DNA of 64,000 nt, taken from NCBI GenBank assembly GCA_046563655.1, contig CM102287.1, positions 558,001 to 622,000 of the forward strand, in the 5' to 3' direction. The notes beneath the pieces were generated by a model. The model did not search any database, was not told the DNA's origin, and worked only from the letters and a program-made list of their open reading frames with translations. Shown piece after piece: positions 61,801 to 64,000 of the stretch. The translations under genes and the position numbers were made by a program. This DNA is from Yuukianura sp. NJ FZ-2021 (taxonomy: Eukaryota). The first letter of the stretch is position 1, and every line of letters starts with the position of its first letter.

Positions 61801-64000
61801 TTGGAGCCCTAACATTAGAGGCTTGGCAGGGTTGTGGGTGTTGCTATAACTTCAATGTAACCTTTGCATGTATTGTTGGCCATGATTTTAGTAAAGCATT
61901 TATTCCAAAGCAAATTGTGCTGATATTTGCCATCGTTACCAACTGGGAACAAATCCATCAAATATACCTTTGTCATTTTTGAAAAGTGCCTACTTTTGAT
62001 ATTAAGTTGCGTTGAGTTACTTAGCATACCTATTCGTAAGAAGTATTTATAATGTCAAGCAACTAATTAGTCTCATAGGCAAGATAGAGCTACATATTTG
62101 CAAAGCATCCAGTAATGGGGCTCTCGATACTGGTGTTTACATTTAAAGCCCCATGATTTCACTACAGTAAATAGCTATACCCCCTAAGTTCTATGATGAA
62201 GGTTTCTCATCTTGGAGCCATAACATTAGATGCTAGGTGGGGTTGTGGGTATTGCTATAACTTCAATGTAACCTTTGCATGTATTGTTGGCCATGATTTT
62301 AGTAAAGCATTTATTCCAAAGCAAATTGTGCTGATATTTGCCATCGTTACCAACTGGGAACAAATCCATCAAATATCCCTTTGTCATTTTTGAAAACTGC
62401 CTACTTTTGGTATTAAGTTGCGTTGAGTTACTTAGCATACCTATTTGTAAGAAGTATTTATAATGTCAAGCAACTAGTTAGTCTCATAGGCAAGATAGAG
62501 CTACATATTTGCAAAGCATCCAGTAATGGGGCTCTCGATACTGGTGTTTACATTTAAAGCCCCATGATTTCACTACAGTAAATAGCTATCCCCCTAAGTT
62601 ATCTGATGAAGGTTTCTCATCTTGGAGCCCTAACATTAGAGGCTTGGCAGGGTTGTGGGTATTGCTATAACTTCAATGTAACCTTTGCATGTATTGTTGG
62701 CCATGATTTTAGTAAAGCATTTATTCCAAAGCAAATTGTGCTGATATTTGCCATCGTTACCAACTGGGAACAAATCCATCAAATATCCCTTTGTCATTTT
62801 TGAAAACTGCCTACTTTTGATATTAAGTTGCGTTGAGTTACTTAGCATACCTATTTGTAAGAAGTATTTATAATGTCAAGCAACTAGTTAGTCTCATAGG
62901 CAAGATAGAGCTACATATTTGCAAAGCATCCAGTAATGGGGCTCTCGATACTGGTGTTTACATTTAGAGCCCCATGATTTCACTACAGTAAATAGCTATC
63001 CCCCTAAGGTATCTGATGAAGGTTTCTCATCTTGGAGCCCTAACATTAGAGGCTTGGCAGGGTTGTGGGTGTTGCTATAACTTCAATGTAACCTTTGCAT
63101 GTATTGTTGGCCATGATTTTAGTAAAGCATTTATTCCAAAGCAAATTGTGCTGATATTTGCCATCGTTACCAACTGGGAACAAATCCATCAAATATACCT
63201 TTGTCATTTTTGAAAAGTGCCTACTTTTGATATTAAGTTGCGTTGAGTTACTTAGCATACCTATTCGTAAGAAGTATTTATAATGTCAAGCAACTAATTA
63301 GTCTCATAGGCAAGATAGAGCTACATATTTGCAAAGCATCCAGTAATGGGGCTCTCGATACTGGTGTTTACATTTAGAGCCCCATGATTTCACTACAGTA
63401 AATAGCTATCCCACCTAAGTTCTATGATGAAGGTTTCTCATCTTGGAGCCATAACATTAGATGCAAGGTGGGGTTGTGGGTATTGCTATAACTTCAATGT
63501 AACCTTTGCATGTATTGTTGGCCATGATTTTAGTAAAGCATTTATTCCAAAGCAAATTGTGCTGATATTTGCCATCGTTACCAACTGGGAACAAATCCAT
63601 CAAATATCCCTTTGTCATTTTTGAAAACTGCCTACTTTTGATATTAAGTTGCGTTGAGTTACTTAGCATACCTATTTGTAAGAAGTATTTATAATGTCAA
63701 GCAACTAGTTAGTCTCATAGGCAAGATAGAGCTACATATTTGCAAAGCATCCAGTAATGGGGCTCTCGATACTGGTGTTTACATTTAGAGCCCCATGATT
63801 TCACTACAGTAAATAGCTATCCCCCTAAGTTATCTGATGAAGGTTTCTCATCTTGGAGCCCTAACATTAGAGGCTTGGCAGGGTTGTGGGTATTGCTATA
63901 ACTTCAATGTAACCTTTGCATGTATTGTTGGCCATGATTTTAGTAAAGCATTTATTCCAAAGCAAATTGTGCTGATATTTGCCATCGTTACCAACTGGGA
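49868..64000. repeat. Satellite B (410/411-bp monomer), about 34 copies, continues past the window edge
   Basis: Head-to-tail units starting gttatctgatgaagg; most length variation is in a C5/C6 run; no similarity to satellite A seen. Confidence 0.99.

Noticed and set aside
49906..63669. Repeated 65-70-aa ORFs on both strands in satellite B
   Set aside because: They overlap antisense to each other, are broken by stops or frameshifts in some monomers, and show no motifs.
10239..64000. CRISPR array or tandem RNA-gene cluster (5S, snRNA, tRNA)
   Set aside because: Units are fully repeated with no unique spacers, there are no cas genes, and I recognised no structural RNA gene in either monomer.

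Overview
Eukaryotic repeat-dominated window, probably arthropod (inferred from the tRNA primer sequence and a TCAGTT initiator), with no ordinary host gene. (1) 1-10238, minus strand: an apparently intact Ty3/Gypsy LTR retrotransposon with a 1111-bp 5' LTR, a tRNA-Arg PBS, and gag and pol joined by a GGGAAAC -1 frameshift. It carries two extra genes: an intronless, membrane-anchored matrix metalloproteinase between the PBS and gag, and an unlisted ORF of at least 267 codons with an F-box-like N-terminus after pol, which runs off the window edge. This element is the main candidate for a novel system. (2) 10239-39853: about 53 copies of a 506/504-bp satellite. It is interrupted at 16535-19241 by a TSD-less fragment arranged as ORF-PPT-single LTR-39-nt tRNA copy ending in CCA, which looks like a captured retrotransposon cDNA end still carrying a copy of its tRNA primer. 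(3) 39854-49867: a young 10-kb non-autonomous LTR element (433-bp LTRs differing at 1 site, tRNA-Tyr-like PBS) containing decayed Gypsy gag/pol. It lies exactly at the junction between two unrelated satellites and has no full TSD. (4) 49868-64000: about 34 copies of a 410/411-bp satellite. All calls come from reading the sequence by eye; no database search was run.
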